From Candidatus Oxydemutatoraceae bacterium (GTDB taxonomy: Bacteria > Pseudomonadota > Gammaproteobacteria > Poriferisulfidales > Oxydemutatoraceae), in NCBI GenBank assembly GCA_965219575.1, contig OZ244779.1, positions 1,836,769 through 1,900,768 of the forward strand: a stretch of 64,000 nt of DNA. Direction: 5' to 3'. The translations under genes and the position numbers were made by a program. Below, piece by piece: positions 54,796-64,000 of the stretch. Each line of letters begins with the position of its first letter. Within the stretch, counting starts at the first letter, position 1. Under the pieces are notes generated by a model. That model made no database searches and was not told where the DNA came from. It saw only the letters and a program-made list of their open reading frames with translations.

Positions 54796-55683
54796 TCAAC
54801 CTTTAGCCAACAATAGATTTTCAATCCATCTATATTTTTCGGTGGTTTGCTCTACAACCTCCGAAGGAAGTTCGGGTGGCGGTGTTTGTACATCCCAATT
54901 CTGCCGTATCAAATAGTTGCGTATATATTGTTTGTCAAAACTGGTTGGTTCGGTGCCGGGGCGGTAGCTTTGCAAGTCCCAAAAACGCGAGGAGTCGGGG
55001 GTTAGTATTTCGTCTATCAGTAGCAAATACCCTTGCGGGTCAATGCCGAATTCAAACTTGGTGTCGGCGATTATGATGCCACGCTCATAAGCGTAGTCGC
55101 TACAAAGTCGGTAAATCTCAAGTGCCGTGTCGCGAATTTCGGCAGACATTTCCGCACCTATGGAGTTTGCCATTTGCTCGAAGCTAATGGGTATATCGTG
55201 TGCGCCTATCTCGGCTTTGGTAGTCGGTGTGAAAATAGCCTCGGGCAACCGCTCGCCGAGTTGCAATCCGGCATCCAAAGAGATGCCGCATAGCTTACCG
55301 TTGTCTCGGTAGTCGTTCCATGCAGAACCGTATAAATAACCGCGCACAATCGCTTCTACGGCAAGCGGTTTCACTTTTTTCACAACCATGCTACGCTCGG
55401 CTAACTGCGGCCGATGTTTCAATTCTGCCACCGTATCGGTTGCCGCTATATCGGTGGTATGGTTGGGAACTATCGTTGCGGTTTTCGCAAACCAAAAGGT
55501 ACTCAGCGAGGTCAATACTCTGCCTTTATCGGGAATCGGAGTCGGGAATACGACATCAAACGCCGAAAGCCGATCGCTGGCAACCATCAATATATGTGGC
55601 TCGTCTAAATCATACAGATCTCGGACTTTACCTCTGCACAACAACGGTACGGATTCTAAATTAGAATCGTATAGTGCGTCCAT
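54796..55683 (-). CDS. purC: SAICAR synthetase
   Basis: GKVRDLY, SDRLSAFD, ADTKFEFG, TPDSSRFW; start MDALY at 55683. Confidence 0.96.
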   Translation of the reverse strand: MDALYDSNLESVPLLCRGKVRDLYDLDEPHILMVASDRLSAFDVVFPTPIPDKGRVLTSLSTFWFAKTATIVPNHTTDIAATDTVAELKHRPQLAERSMVVKKVKPLAVEAIVRGYLYGSAWNDYRDNGKLCGISLDAGLQLGERLPEAIFTPTTKAEIGAHDIPISFEQMANSIGAEMSAEIRDTALEIYRLCSDYAYERGIIIADTKFEFGIDPQGYLLLIDEILTPDSSRFWDLQSYRPGTEPTSFDKQYIRNYLIRQNWDVQTPPPELPSEVVEQTTEKYRWIENLLLAKG

Positions 55684-55699
55684 CGTTATACGTTTGTCG

Positions 55700-56452
55700 T
55701 CACCCCTGATCGTGCATATCGCATATACGCTGAGCCGATTCGGGCAGGTTGTCGGGGCAGCGACCACACATTTCATTGCCGGGCACCGCATAATCCATTT
55801 TTTGCGGTTTGGGAAACTCCAGCGAGTCCATCAGCGCAATAAACTGTGTTCGGGTCGTTCCGACTTTAAGACGCGGGTTGCGTATTTTTTCCTGACCCAC
55901 GGTAGTGATTCGGCGATTCTCGTAATCGTGGCCGGGATAGACCAAAGTATCTTCGGGCAGGCTGAATATCTTGTCGTAAATGCTATCGTACAGAGTGCCG
56001 GAATCGCCCGATTGGAGATCGGTTCTGCCGCAGCCTTCTATCAATAGCGCATCGCCGGTGAAAATTATTTTGTGCATGCCGTCGTCTATTAAGTAAGCAT
56101 AATGGGTGTCGGTATGCCCCGGAGTAAACAACGGATGGAATTCTATATGTCCTATTTTCAGTGCCGTTCCTTCCCGCACACCTATATCCCGGCACGGGAG
56201 TTGGTCGGCTTCGGCACCTACCAGTTTGCAATCGGTTAACGATTTAAGTTTCAATCCACCGGTAATATGATCGGCGTGTATATGCGTCTCTATTGCATAA
56301 TTCAAATTTAAGCCCAATTCTCTAATCGCCTCCAAGTCACGCTCGAAAACATCGAGCACCGGGTCTACGAGTGCCGTGATGCCGGTCTCGGTACACGCAA
56401 TTAGGTAAGTATAGGTACTGGATTGGGATTCAAAAAGTTGTTTGAATATCAT
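55700..56452 (-). CDS. ETHE1-like persulfide dioxygenase (MBL fold)
   Basis: STYTY, ETHIHADHIT, TPGHT, GCGRTD, YPGHDY, NPRL. Confidence 0.85.
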   Translation of the reverse strand: MIFKQLFESQSSTYTYLIACTETGITALVDPVLDVFERDLEAIRELGLNLNYAIETHIHADHITGGLKLKSLTDCKLVGAEADQLPCRDIGVREGTALKIGHIEFHPLFTPGHTDTHYAYLIDDGMHKIIFTGDALLIEGCGRTDLQSGDSGTLYDSIYDKIFSLPEDTLVYPGHDYENRRITTVGQEKIRNPRLKVGTTRTQFIALMDSLEFPKPQKMDYAVPGNEMCGRCPDNLPESAQRICDMHDQG

Positions 56453-56518
56453 TGCGCTATTTTCTTTGCTGAAGTTGAATCGAATACATAGTATACTAGC
56501 TTAAATACCGAAAATATT

Positions 56519-56755
56519 ATGGAACCCGACGAAATCAAGAATCTAATAATCGCAGGCTTAGCGGATGCGCAGATCGATGTAGATGGTAGCGACGGCAAAT
56601 ACCAAGTCAAAATCATCAGTGCAGCCTTTGAGGGCTTAACTCAGGTGCAGCGACATCAAGCGGTTTATGCGACGATTCAAGCCCGAATACAAAGTGGCGA
56701 ACTGCATGCGTTGAGCATAGAAACCCTGACACCCTCGGAAGACAAGCAACGATAG
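56519..56755 (+). CDS. BolA/IbaG family protein
   Basis: SAAFEG, QRHQAVY, LHALSI. Confidence 0.9.
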   Translation: MEPDEIKNLIIAGLADAQIDVDGSDGKYQVKIISAAFEGLTQVQRHQAVYATIQARIQSGELHALSIETLTPSEDKQR

Positions 56756-56757
56756 CA

Positions 56758-57381
56758 CTAGTTATCTTTGAAAACCCGACGCTCTAATTGATATGCCGAT
56801 AAGCCTTGTTGCTTTGAATAATAGAGCGACAAAAATTTCATATCCGCTTCGTTCAGTGTGGTGATCATCCCCATCATGATAGCGTTCTGGCGTTTACCGT
56901 TCTTATAACTAAGCAAAGATTGATAAAGATAATCCCGATATTGTCCCGATAAACGCGGGTATTCGGGTATCGGACTATTACCGTCCATACCATGACAACC
57001 GGCACAGACTGCGAGTTTGGCATTGAGTTCCTCGGAAAGCTGAGGAGTTTGGGGAGTCTGAGAAGACGAAACGACGGTCTCCGAACCCGAGAAATAAGCA
57101 GCGATATCGGCCATATCGGTTTCCGACAAACCGGCGGCATGGGCGCGCATCGTCGGATGACTACGCTCGCCGGATTGATACGCTTTTAAGGCAGCGACTA
57201 TATAGGGAGCATGCTGACCGACCAGTTTGGGCACGTGATAACTAGGATAGATATTGCCGTAACTCGGCACACCATGACAACCCAAGCAGGTTTGCGCTTT
57301 CAATCTTCCACTTTCGGCATCTCCGGCATTCACAAACGGCGATAATATCAATAAGCAAAGAATGTAAAAACGATACTTCAT
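56758..57381 (-). CDS. Dihaem cytochrome c4-like
   Basis: Signal peptide; CLGCH and CAGCH; PKLVGQ / PRLSGQ. Confidence 0.9.
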   Translation of the reverse strand: MKYRFYILCLLILSPFVNAGDAESGRLKAQTCLGCHGVPSYGNIYPSYHVPKLVGQHAPYIVAALKAYQSGERSHPTMRAHAAGLSETDMADIAAYFSGSETVVSSSQTPQTPQLSEELNAKLAVCAGCHGMDGNSPIPEYPRLSGQYRDYLYQSLLSYKNGKRQNAIMMGMITTLNEADMKFLSLYYSKQQGLSAYQLERRVFKDN

Positions 57382-57464
57382 AAAAACTCCCTAAATGATT
57401 TAATATAAAGTAGCTATCATGCCAAAATATCGGGAAAATGTCCATAGTTTTAGTTTGTTTTTGA

Positions 57465-58529
57465 TTGAATATGCCGTCAACCTCGCATAAACCTCCGCAA
57501 AAAATTTGTATCCTACGGTTGTCTGCAATCGGAGATGTCGTACAGGCATCTATCGCAGTCAACGCACTCAAATCGTCGCATCCCCGGCTCGAGCTCACTT
57601 GGATTGTAGGAAAAACCGAATACGAACTGTTAGCTCATCTTAACGATATCAATTTTATAGTCTTCGATAAAAACGAGGTTTTGAAGTCTTATAGGCTGGT
57701 TGCCGAGCGATTGGCCGGTAGAAAGTTTGATGCCTTGCTACTGATGCAATACTCGTTGCGTGCCGGCCTGCTCAGCCTTTTAGTCAAAGCACCGTTGCGC
57801 ATAGGTTATCCGCACCGGCTATCCAGAGAGTTTCACAGCCTGTTTGTTAATCGGCATATCGAGATGCCGACCGGTAAGCATGTATTGGATATTTATTACG
57901 GCTTTGTCGAGGCACTCGGTATAACGGCGCAGATAGATGCCGTCCCCACCTATTATCTGCCCGACGATACCCGATTTGCCGGTCTCCACCTACCCCGAGA
58001 CAAAAAAATACTGTTGATCAGCCCGTGTTCGAGCCATAGTTTCAAAAATTGGCTACCCGAGCGTTATGCGGAGGTCGCGCAAGTTGCAATGCAACGATAC
58101 GATATGCATGTCGTATTGGTAGGCGGCAATAGCCAAACCGAACGGACATACGAAGCACACATACAACAATATTTTCGTACACCCTGTACCAGCTTAATAG
58201 GAAAAACCAGCTTGCGGCAATTAGCCGCCGTCGTTGCACAGAGCCATCTAGTCATCGCACCCGACTCGGCAATCGTACATATCGCTTCCGCGCTACAAAC
58301 CTCGGTTATCGGACTCTATGCGGCAACCGATGCCGAGCGTAGCGGCCCTTATCGTTATCTAGATCGATGTATCAATCGCTACCCCGAAGCATTGGAGAAA
58401 TACTGCGGTAAATCCATAAAAGATATATCTTGGGGAAAACATATAAAAGAATCCAACGCGATGGAGTTAATCAACACACAATCGGTAATTGAACAACTTG
58501 ACCGTATTATGGAAGCCGGAGAATGTTAA
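57465..58529 (+). CDS. Glycosyltransferase family 9 (LPS heptosyltransferase-like)
   Basis: RLSAIGDV, KNWLPERY, PDSAIVH; the true start may be 57471. Confidence 0.88.
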   Translation: MNMPSTSHKPPQKICILRLSAIGDVVQASIAVNALKSSHPRLELTWIVGKTEYELLAHLNDINFIVFDKNEVLKSYRLVAERLAGRKFDALLLMQYSLRAGLLSLLVKAPLRIGYPHRLSREFHSLFVNRHIEMPTGKHVLDIYYGFVEALGITAQIDAVPTYYLPDDTRFAGLHLPRDKKILLISPCSSHSFKNWLPERYAEVAQVAMQRYDMHVVLVGGNSQTERTYEAHIQQYFRTPCTSLIGKTSLRQLAAVVAQSHLVIAPDSAIVHIASALQTSVIGLYAATDAERSGPYRYLDRCINRYPEALEKYCGKSIKDISWGKHIKESNAMELINTQSVIEQLDRIMEAGEC

Positions 58530-58548
58530 TGCGACACTGCGTACATCG

Positions 58549-59685
58549 CTATAGTCGACAGTACTCGATGATGAAATTTGCAATTTGTTCGGCGTCGTTG
58601 ATGTTTAGAATCGGAATTGTAATATCGGACGGTGGATTCTCATCGGTGGCAAATGCCACTACATGGGGGTCTCGACTATACAGATAGGGGTGTTCCAAAC
58701 CTCGCCTGTGCAGTTCTATTTTAGGGAAGGTCTCGCGCTTGAAACCTTCGACCAAAATAATATCGAGGCCTTGACGAGTAATAATATCGACGAGTTCGTC
58801 CAAGGTCGCTTCTTCGTTGTCGTTACAATGCTCGTTAATCAACGCCCACCGTCTACCCGACGACACGAGCATACTTTTAGCACCTGCTTTTCTAAGTTCA
58901 TAACTGTCTTTCCCCGGCCGGTCGGTGTCAAAATTGTGGTGCGCGTGCTTGACGATACCGAGCTTAAATCCCTTATCCTTTAATATCGGAATGACCTGCT
59001 TGAGCAAAGTGGTTTTACCGGTGCCACTGTGGGCGCAAAAACCTATGATCGGCGGAGTACTATCGTTTGTGTTCATCGTTTCCGTTTCCAGTTGCTTGAG
59101 ATCCTCGGGCGTGTTGATATTCCTAAAAGCATCTACGCTATCATCAAAATTGCAACGAACCGTTTTAAGTTTATCAAACCACCGATCTATTTTGCGCCCC
59201 CCCTGCGCCAAGTATTCCGATAAAGAAGACCTTAGATTCGTCTTCATCAAACAAAAAACCGGATGAATCCGCTTTCCGTCGTCGGCGACCGCAATATCGG
59301 CATCGTGTTCTATCAAGGTATTATATAAGCGTTGTGCCAAATCCGTCGGAGGATGCGGCGTGTCGCAAGGACAAACCAACAAATAAGATGTTCGTACATC
59401 ACGCAACGCACTCGCTATTCCCGCTAAAGGCCCCATAAAATCCTCGTTTTCATCGGGGATAACCGGATAACCGTATTTTTGATACTCTGCCAAATTCCGA
59501 TTTGCATTGATCCAAACATGAGTGACCTGCCTAGCAATACGCTCAATGATATGTTCTATCAAAGGACGACCCGCCAACGCTATTAAACCCTTATCGGAAT
59601 CCCCCATACGCGAACCTCGACCACCCGCCAAAATCACGGCACTTAAATTTTCTTTGGCGTTGAACGCCGAACTGTCGGATATCAT
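58549..59685 (-). CDS. mobAB: MobA-MobB fusion (molybdopterin guanine dinucleotide synthesis)
   Basis: LAGGRGSRMG...NINTPED (MobA) followed in frame by SGTGKTT, KHAHH, GKDS, VEGFK (MobB). Confidence 0.88.
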   Translation of the reverse strand: MISDSSAFNAKENLSAVILAGGRGSRMGDSDKGLIALAGRPLIEHIIERIARQVTHVWINANRNLAEYQKYGYPVIPDENEDFMGPLAGIASALRDVRTSYLLVCPCDTPHPPTDLAQRLYNTLIEHDADIAVADDGKRIHPVFCLMKTNLRSSLSEYLAQGGRKIDRWFDKLKTVRCNFDDSVDAFRNINTPEDLKQLETETMNTNDSTPPIIGFCAHSGTGKTTLLKQVIPILKDKGFKLGIVKHAHHNFDTDRPGKDSYELRKAGAKSMLVSSGRRWALINEHCNDNEEATLDELVDIITRQGLDIILVEGFKRETFPKIELHRRGLEHPYLYSRDPHVVAFATDENPPSDITIPILNINDAEQIANFIIEYCRL

Positions 59686-59779
59686 ACTGCCATTATACAC
59701 AGTGGACGTTGCCGGGCGGCAGGAGCAAAATGGTCTGCTACTACGGGTGATTATCGTACGCGTTGTATAATAACAATAC

Positions 59780-60961
59780 ATGGAACATTACGCTTCTACA
59801 CTTATTATTCCTGTTTTGATATTCACCGGTGCTGCGGTGATGGCAACTTTCGCTTTATATGCAAGGCAGGCGATGTTGGTTGCGTATATCATTCTCGGAT
59901 TATTGCTCGGACCTGCCGTATTTAATATCGTAGACGGCGGCGAGGATGCTATGCACATCGCTTCGGATATAGGCATCGTTCTGTTGCTTTTTTTGTTGGG
60001 CTTGGATTTGTCTCCCATTAAATTGATAAAAGTCGTGCGTGCAATCGTGACACCTACGTTGGCAAGTTGTTTGGTGTTTTCTTTACCCGGTATCGTAATC
60101 GGTTATATACTCGGTTTTGATGCCGTATCTATAATGATCTTGGCCGTCGCGATGATGTTTTCCAGCACCATCATCGGGCTCAAGCTATTGCCGACGACGG
60201 TGTTGCACCATAAACCCACCGGTGAAATCATTATCAGTATATTGTTGTTGCAGGATTTGATTGCAATTCTAATCCTACTCGGTTTAGGGTTGTTCTACAG
60301 CGGCGGCACCGAATTTCATATATCGGTACCTTTTATTAAGCTACTGCTACTCCCGGTGATGGTCGGTCTCGCGTATCTGTTGCAGAAATATCTGCTGGTC
60401 GGACTTTTGATGCGCTTCGACAAAATCAAAGAATATGTTTTCTTATTGATGATCGGTTGGTGCTTCGGCATCGCACAACTTACCGAATGGTTAGGCTTGT
60501 CGTACGAAATCGGTGCGTTTATCGCCGGAGTGCTGATGGCTACTCACCCGATTGCAATCTATGTGGCGGACTCGTTGAAGCCGTTGCGAGACTTTTTTAT
60601 GGTTATTTTCTTCTTTACGCTGGGTAGTAGCATCGCACCGGGGTCGGTCGGCGAGATATGGCTGCCTGCCTTGATATTAGCGGGCGTACTGTTGATATTA
60701 AAACCGCCGGTCTTCGAATGGTTGCTCGGTCGCGCCGGTGAGGAAAAAGCGAGGGCACGAGAAGTTGGGTTTAGGTTGGGACAAGGTAGCGAATTCTCGC
60801 TGTTGATCATCGCACTCGCAGCACAACTCGGAATCGCCGAAAAACTTGCAATAGACTTGATAAAAGCGACTATGTTGATAACATTCATGGTGTCGCCCTA
60901 TTTGATTATTGCAAAATATCCTACTCCGGTTGCGATGGATGATCGCCTGCGCCGTGATTAG
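59780..60961 (+). CDS. Cation:proton antiporter (CPA2)
   Basis: Multi-TM; LLFLLGL, SSTII, LLQD, GAFIAG, LRDFF, SEFS. Confidence 0.88.
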   Translation: MEHYASTLIIPVLIFTGAAVMATFALYARQAMLVAYIILGLLLGPAVFNIVDGGEDAMHIASDIGIVLLLFLLGLDLSPIKLIKVVRAIVTPTLASCLVFSLPGIVIGYILGFDAVSIMILAVAMMFSSTIIGLKLLPTTVLHHKPTGEIIISILLLQDLIAILILLGLGLFYSGGTEFHISVPFIKLLLLPVMVGLAYLLQKYLLVGLLMRFDKIKEYVFLLMIGWCFGIAQLTEWLGLSYEIGAFIAGVLMATHPIAIYVADSLKPLRDFFMVIFFFTLGSSIAPGSVGEIWLPALILAGVLLILKPPVFEWLLGRAGEEKARAREVGFRLGQGSEFSLLIIALAAQLGIAEKLAIDLIKATMLITFMVSPYLIIAKYPTPVAMDDRLRRD

Positions 60962-61270
60962 CTCGGCGTCGATGCTCCGATAAAAATGTCTTGACACGCC
61001 GACCGTTGTCCACCGCCGTATCTTCGTCGTAGCACAAGGTGTGTCGGTGATAAATGCGTTCGCCGGCGGGCACATCGAAACTATGGCATGCGTCGGGATA
61101 AACGACGATATCGAGGTTATAATCGTAGGCTTCGGTGATTATCATCTGCTTGCAATAATCGGCAAGAGTCCAATCGTTGCGCTCGCCTATCAAAATCAGG
61201 GTGTCGCTCGACAACGAAGGTATACGACGATCGCAATGCGGGTAAAACGCAATCACTCCGCCGAGCCGAC
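60921..61270 (-). pseudogene. C-terminal fragment of a dienelactone-hydrolase-family protein
   Basis: IAFYPHC, LILIGERNDW, VYPDACHSFD; N-terminal half absent (upstream is the glpG 3' end in another frame). Confidence 0.6.
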
Positions 61271-62128
61271 GAAGTCGCGGGCGCGATAAATGAGTGCCAG
61301 CAAAAAACCGCTCAACAATCCGCCCAAGTGTGCCGCATTCGCTACATAAATACCGACGAGGCTCAAAATCCCCGACATGCACAACAACAGCCAAAATAAT
61401 AGAAAGGGTGCGATGCCGGGAGGGGGGGCAATACCCTGCGACGGACTCTCTGCATTGCGCGATTCCCAGTATCCACATAACCAACAATAACCGAACAATC
61501 CGTAGACCACACCGGACAAGCCACCGAATAAAATAGACGGCTCGTAGATATACTGACACAGGTTGGAGATAATGCCGGTGGTGGCGATAACGACGAGCAA
61601 TCTAAAGTGCGATTGCAGCCGTTCTATTCTCCGTCCGAACTCTATCAACCAGAGACCGTTGAACACCAGATGCAACAAACTGAAATGTAAAAATATCGGC
61701 GTTAGAATACGCCACCACTGCCCCCCGGTTATACCGTCAATCGATGCAGCCGCATATAAAATACCTCGATCACCGACCCGAGTGTCCTGAAAAACCAACC
61801 ACGGCATCAGTGCGTTATTGCTCTCGGTTATGATATAAACCGATACCGCAACTACGCTCGTTATTAGAACGACCGGATAATTCAAGATATTTTGCAAAGG
61901 CTTTAGGTACGAAATCTTGTCGGCTCGAGGCATAGAAGGCACCTCCAGTTGTCCGGCACACCATTGCTCGAACCATACGCGGATAGGCTCGGGATCGTGA
62001 TGCGCGCGTAGGACTTGTCGCCCACCGTGCTCGACAATTCGATGTGGAATGCCCTGTATCGATAAAAATCTGCTGAACGCAGATAAATCTTTTTCCAAAG
62101 ATACGGTTAATACATCAATCCAATCCAT
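61253..62128 (-). CDS. glpG: Rhomboid intramembrane serine protease
   Basis: QWWRILTP, HLVFN, GLSGVVYG, ANAAHLGG. Confidence 0.9.
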   Translation of the reverse strand: MDWIDVLTVSLEKDLSAFSRFLSIQGIPHRIVEHGGRQVLRAHHDPEPIRVWFEQWCAGQLEVPSMPRADKISYLKPLQNILNYPVVLITSVVAVSVYIITESNNALMPWLVFQDTRVGDRGILYAAASIDGITGGQWWRILTPIFLHFSLLHLVFNGLWLIEFGRRIERLQSHFRLLVVIATTGIISNLCQYIYEPSILFGGLSGVVYGLFGYCWLCGYWESRNAESPSQGIAPPPGIAPFLLFWLLLCMSGILSLVGIYVANAAHLGGLLSGFLLALIYRARDFVGSAE

Positions 62129-62213
62129 TATTGCTACTTCGGGCTGTGGAAACCATTATTTGTCGGCGCAGGGCGGTTGGCGTGATGCATAACGGCATTT
62201 CAGGTTAATCATA

Positions 62214-62323
62214 ATGGCCGATTGATCTACCGGCTCAATCGGCGGCTTTATATGGCCGATTGATCTACCGGCTCAATCGGCGGCTTTATATGGCCGATTG
62301 ATCTACCGGCTCAATCGGTGGCT
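62214..62323. repeat. Three tandem 38-bp hairpin units
   Basis: ATGGCCGATTGATCTACCGGCTCAATCGGCGGCTTTAT x3 (third imperfect); reverse complement of the GCCGATTGA hairpin module of the repeat family. Confidence 0.9.
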
Positions 62324-63205
62324 CTATTCTGTCCCCTGTATAATGGATGCCATTTCGCAGCCTACTTTAACCTCGGAACCGGTTTGGTACAGCGGGTTCC
62401 AGTTGAGGTTTTCATTATCAATCAATAGTACGACGGTTGAACCGATGTTGAAGCGTCCCATCTCTGCGCCCTTATCCAATTCTACGACCGGGTGCGGAGA
62501 GACCTCTTCGTCGTAGCGATAATAGCTTAGAGCTAAAGAGCCGGGGCTTACCAATCCGTGCCAAACCGTTTCTATCGCCGAGACATTGACTGCGCCGACC
62601 ATTACGACGGCGGTGGCACCGTGCTCGGTATCAAAAACAGAAACGACTCTCTCGTTTTTGGTATAGAGGCGCGGTATCACCCGAGTCGCATAGGGTGCTA
62701 CGCTGAATAGACGACCCGGTACATGAATCATCGTTCTAAGTTTTCCTGCCAGCGGTGTATGCACACGATGATAATTACGGGGGGCTAAATAGAGGGTGCA
62801 GAAAGAACCGTTTTCAAAGGCATCGCTCGCGCCGGGAGTCACCAGATCGCTAACGCTATACGCTTGACCTTTGGCTTGTACGATACGCCCCGCTTCAATT
62901 TTTCCGATCTGCATAACGATTCCGTCGCACGGAGAGACGACGATATTAGAACCTTGATGGATCGGGCGGATCCCGGGTTTGAGTGCGCGTGTGAAAAACG
63001 CATTAAAACTGGGATAATCGTCTATACTGCCGATCTCGGCTTCGTCCAAGTCAACCTTGAAAACACGCACGAACAGTTTTATGACATAGCGTACGCCGGA
63101 CATCTCTATGCGGCTCAATGTCAGTGTCAGACGCGAGACTAAATGGTGAGGGAAAAAATGGAACAGCCACCCTTTGGTGCGTTCCCATAAACTAACTTGT
63201 TCCAT
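62324..63205 (-). CDS. psd: Phosphatidylserine decarboxylase
   Basis: FNAFFTR, SPCDG, YLAPRNYHR, NERV, IGSTV cleavage site. Confidence 0.95.
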   Translation of the reverse strand: MEQVSLWERTKGWLFHFFPHHLVSRLTLTLSRIEMSGVRYVIKLFVRVFKVDLDEAEIGSIDDYPSFNAFFTRALKPGIRPIHQGSNIVVSPCDGIVMQIGKIEAGRIVQAKGQAYSVSDLVTPGASDAFENGSFCTLYLAPRNYHRVHTPLAGKLRTMIHVPGRLFSVAPYATRVIPRLYTKNERVVSVFDTEHGATAVVMVGAVNVSAIETVWHGLVSPGSLALSYYRYDEEVSPHPVVELDKGAEMGRFNIGSTVVLLIDNENLNWNPLYQTGSEVKVGCEMASIIQGTE

Positions 63206-63289
63206 ATCTTGATTAAAGAAAAATTAAAATCGATACTCTAATAATGTAGAATTATCCGCTTATACGGAACTTCATTATATCAAACAACG

Positions 63290-64000
63290 ATGAGTACAGA
63301 GATTAGTATTGCATTATTTGCCGTCATTGTGGCGGTGGTGTTGGCATATTTATATAAACAATCCAAATCGCAAGCGGACGAACAACATACGAAACTGAAC
63401 GATGCAACCGAACAGATAATAGCTTTAAGGGCGGAAAACGCTGCGTTGCAAAACAGCCAAGAAGAAAAATCCGAACGTTTGCTAAAAGCCGACGAAGATT
63501 GTAACGCATTGCGCGAGCGGAATACGCAACTTGAAATCGATAATCGCGAACAGCAAACCCAACTCAAAGCCGAGCAAGATAAACTACAAATTTTAGAGGC
63601 GCAGTTCGAAAAACAGAAGTCGCAGCTCAAAGACGAGTTTAAGGTCTTATCGGAGGAGATCTTTAGCCAACGACAACAGGCACTGCACGAACAAAATAAA
63701 GAAGGCATAGGGGCTCTGATCAAACCTCTACAACAACAAATAGAGCAATTTCAAAAGCGCGTCAACATTGTGCATAGCGAGACAATCAAAGGCCATACCA
63801 GTCTGGAGAGCGAAATAAAGAAAATAATGGAGGTCGGCTTAAAAATAGGCGAGGATGCCGATAATCTAAGTTCGGCCCTCAAAGGCGACTCTCGCCAACG
63901 CGGGGCTTGGGGCGAGGCACAGTTGGAACGCACTTTGGAAATGAGCGGCCTGGTTAAAGATGCCCACTACCGAAAGCAAGCTGCTCTCAAAGACCGCAAC
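63290..64000 (+). CDS. rmuC: DNA recombination protein RmuC (truncated by the window edge)
   Basis: N-terminal TM and coiled coil; ALKGDSRQRGAWGEAQLERTLEMSGL; open to the end of the window. Confidence 0.9.
   Translation, partial: MSTEISIALFAVIVAVVLAYLYKQSKSQADEQHTKLNDATEQIIALRAENAALQNSQEEKSERLLKADEDCNALRERNTQLEIDNREQQTQLKAEQDKLQILEAQFEKQKSQLKDEFKVLSEEIFSQRQQALHEQNKEGIGALIKPLQQQIEQFQKRVNIVHSETIKGHTSLESEIKKIMEVGLKIGEDADNLSSALKGDSRQRGAWGEAQLERTLEMSGLVKDAHYRKQAALKDRN

Noticed and set aside
62214-62323. Possible mini CRISPR array
   Set aside because: The 11-nt linkers between hairpins are identical, there are no variable spacers, and no cas genes are in the window.
63280-63723. 147-aa minus-strand ORF and many other antisense ORFs in the track
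   Set aside because: These are shadows of confidently identified genes on the opposite strand (here rmuC).

Overview
A 64-kb chromosomal window from a Gammaproteobacterium. Gene content (PPi-dependent Pfk next to cbbQ, persulfide dioxygenase, methanopterin/methanofuran-type genes, AcuI, tandem sulfotransferases) suggests a marine sulfur-oxidising, possibly host-associated lineage; this is inference. Housekeeping genes (hisD, aroG, purE/K/C, adk, mutL, miaA, serS, ubiG, uvrB, znuABC, queG, pgi, bioD, psd, rmuC) are interleaved with small AT-rich accessory blocks: a decayed defence island, a HEPN-MNT pair, two type II R-M systems, an orphan cI/cro switch, a Fic-MerR fusion and three sulfotransferases. 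The most striking feature is a TnpB with an intact RuvC triad as the only cargo of a 1,259-bp element bounded by 24-bp terminal inverted repeats (GGGAATTATA..., resembling IS1595/ISNwi1 ends). One end abuts the ATG of the essential serS gene. A 250-bp MITE with related ends and a perfect 8-bp target duplication disrupts zapE. A modular repeat family (GGGGCTGTTGAAAAAGT ends, GTAG-REP hairpins, GCCGATTGA hairpins) sits at most accessory-gene junctions. I saw no rRNA, tRNA or CRISPR array. All family calls come from motif recognition by eye, not from database searches.
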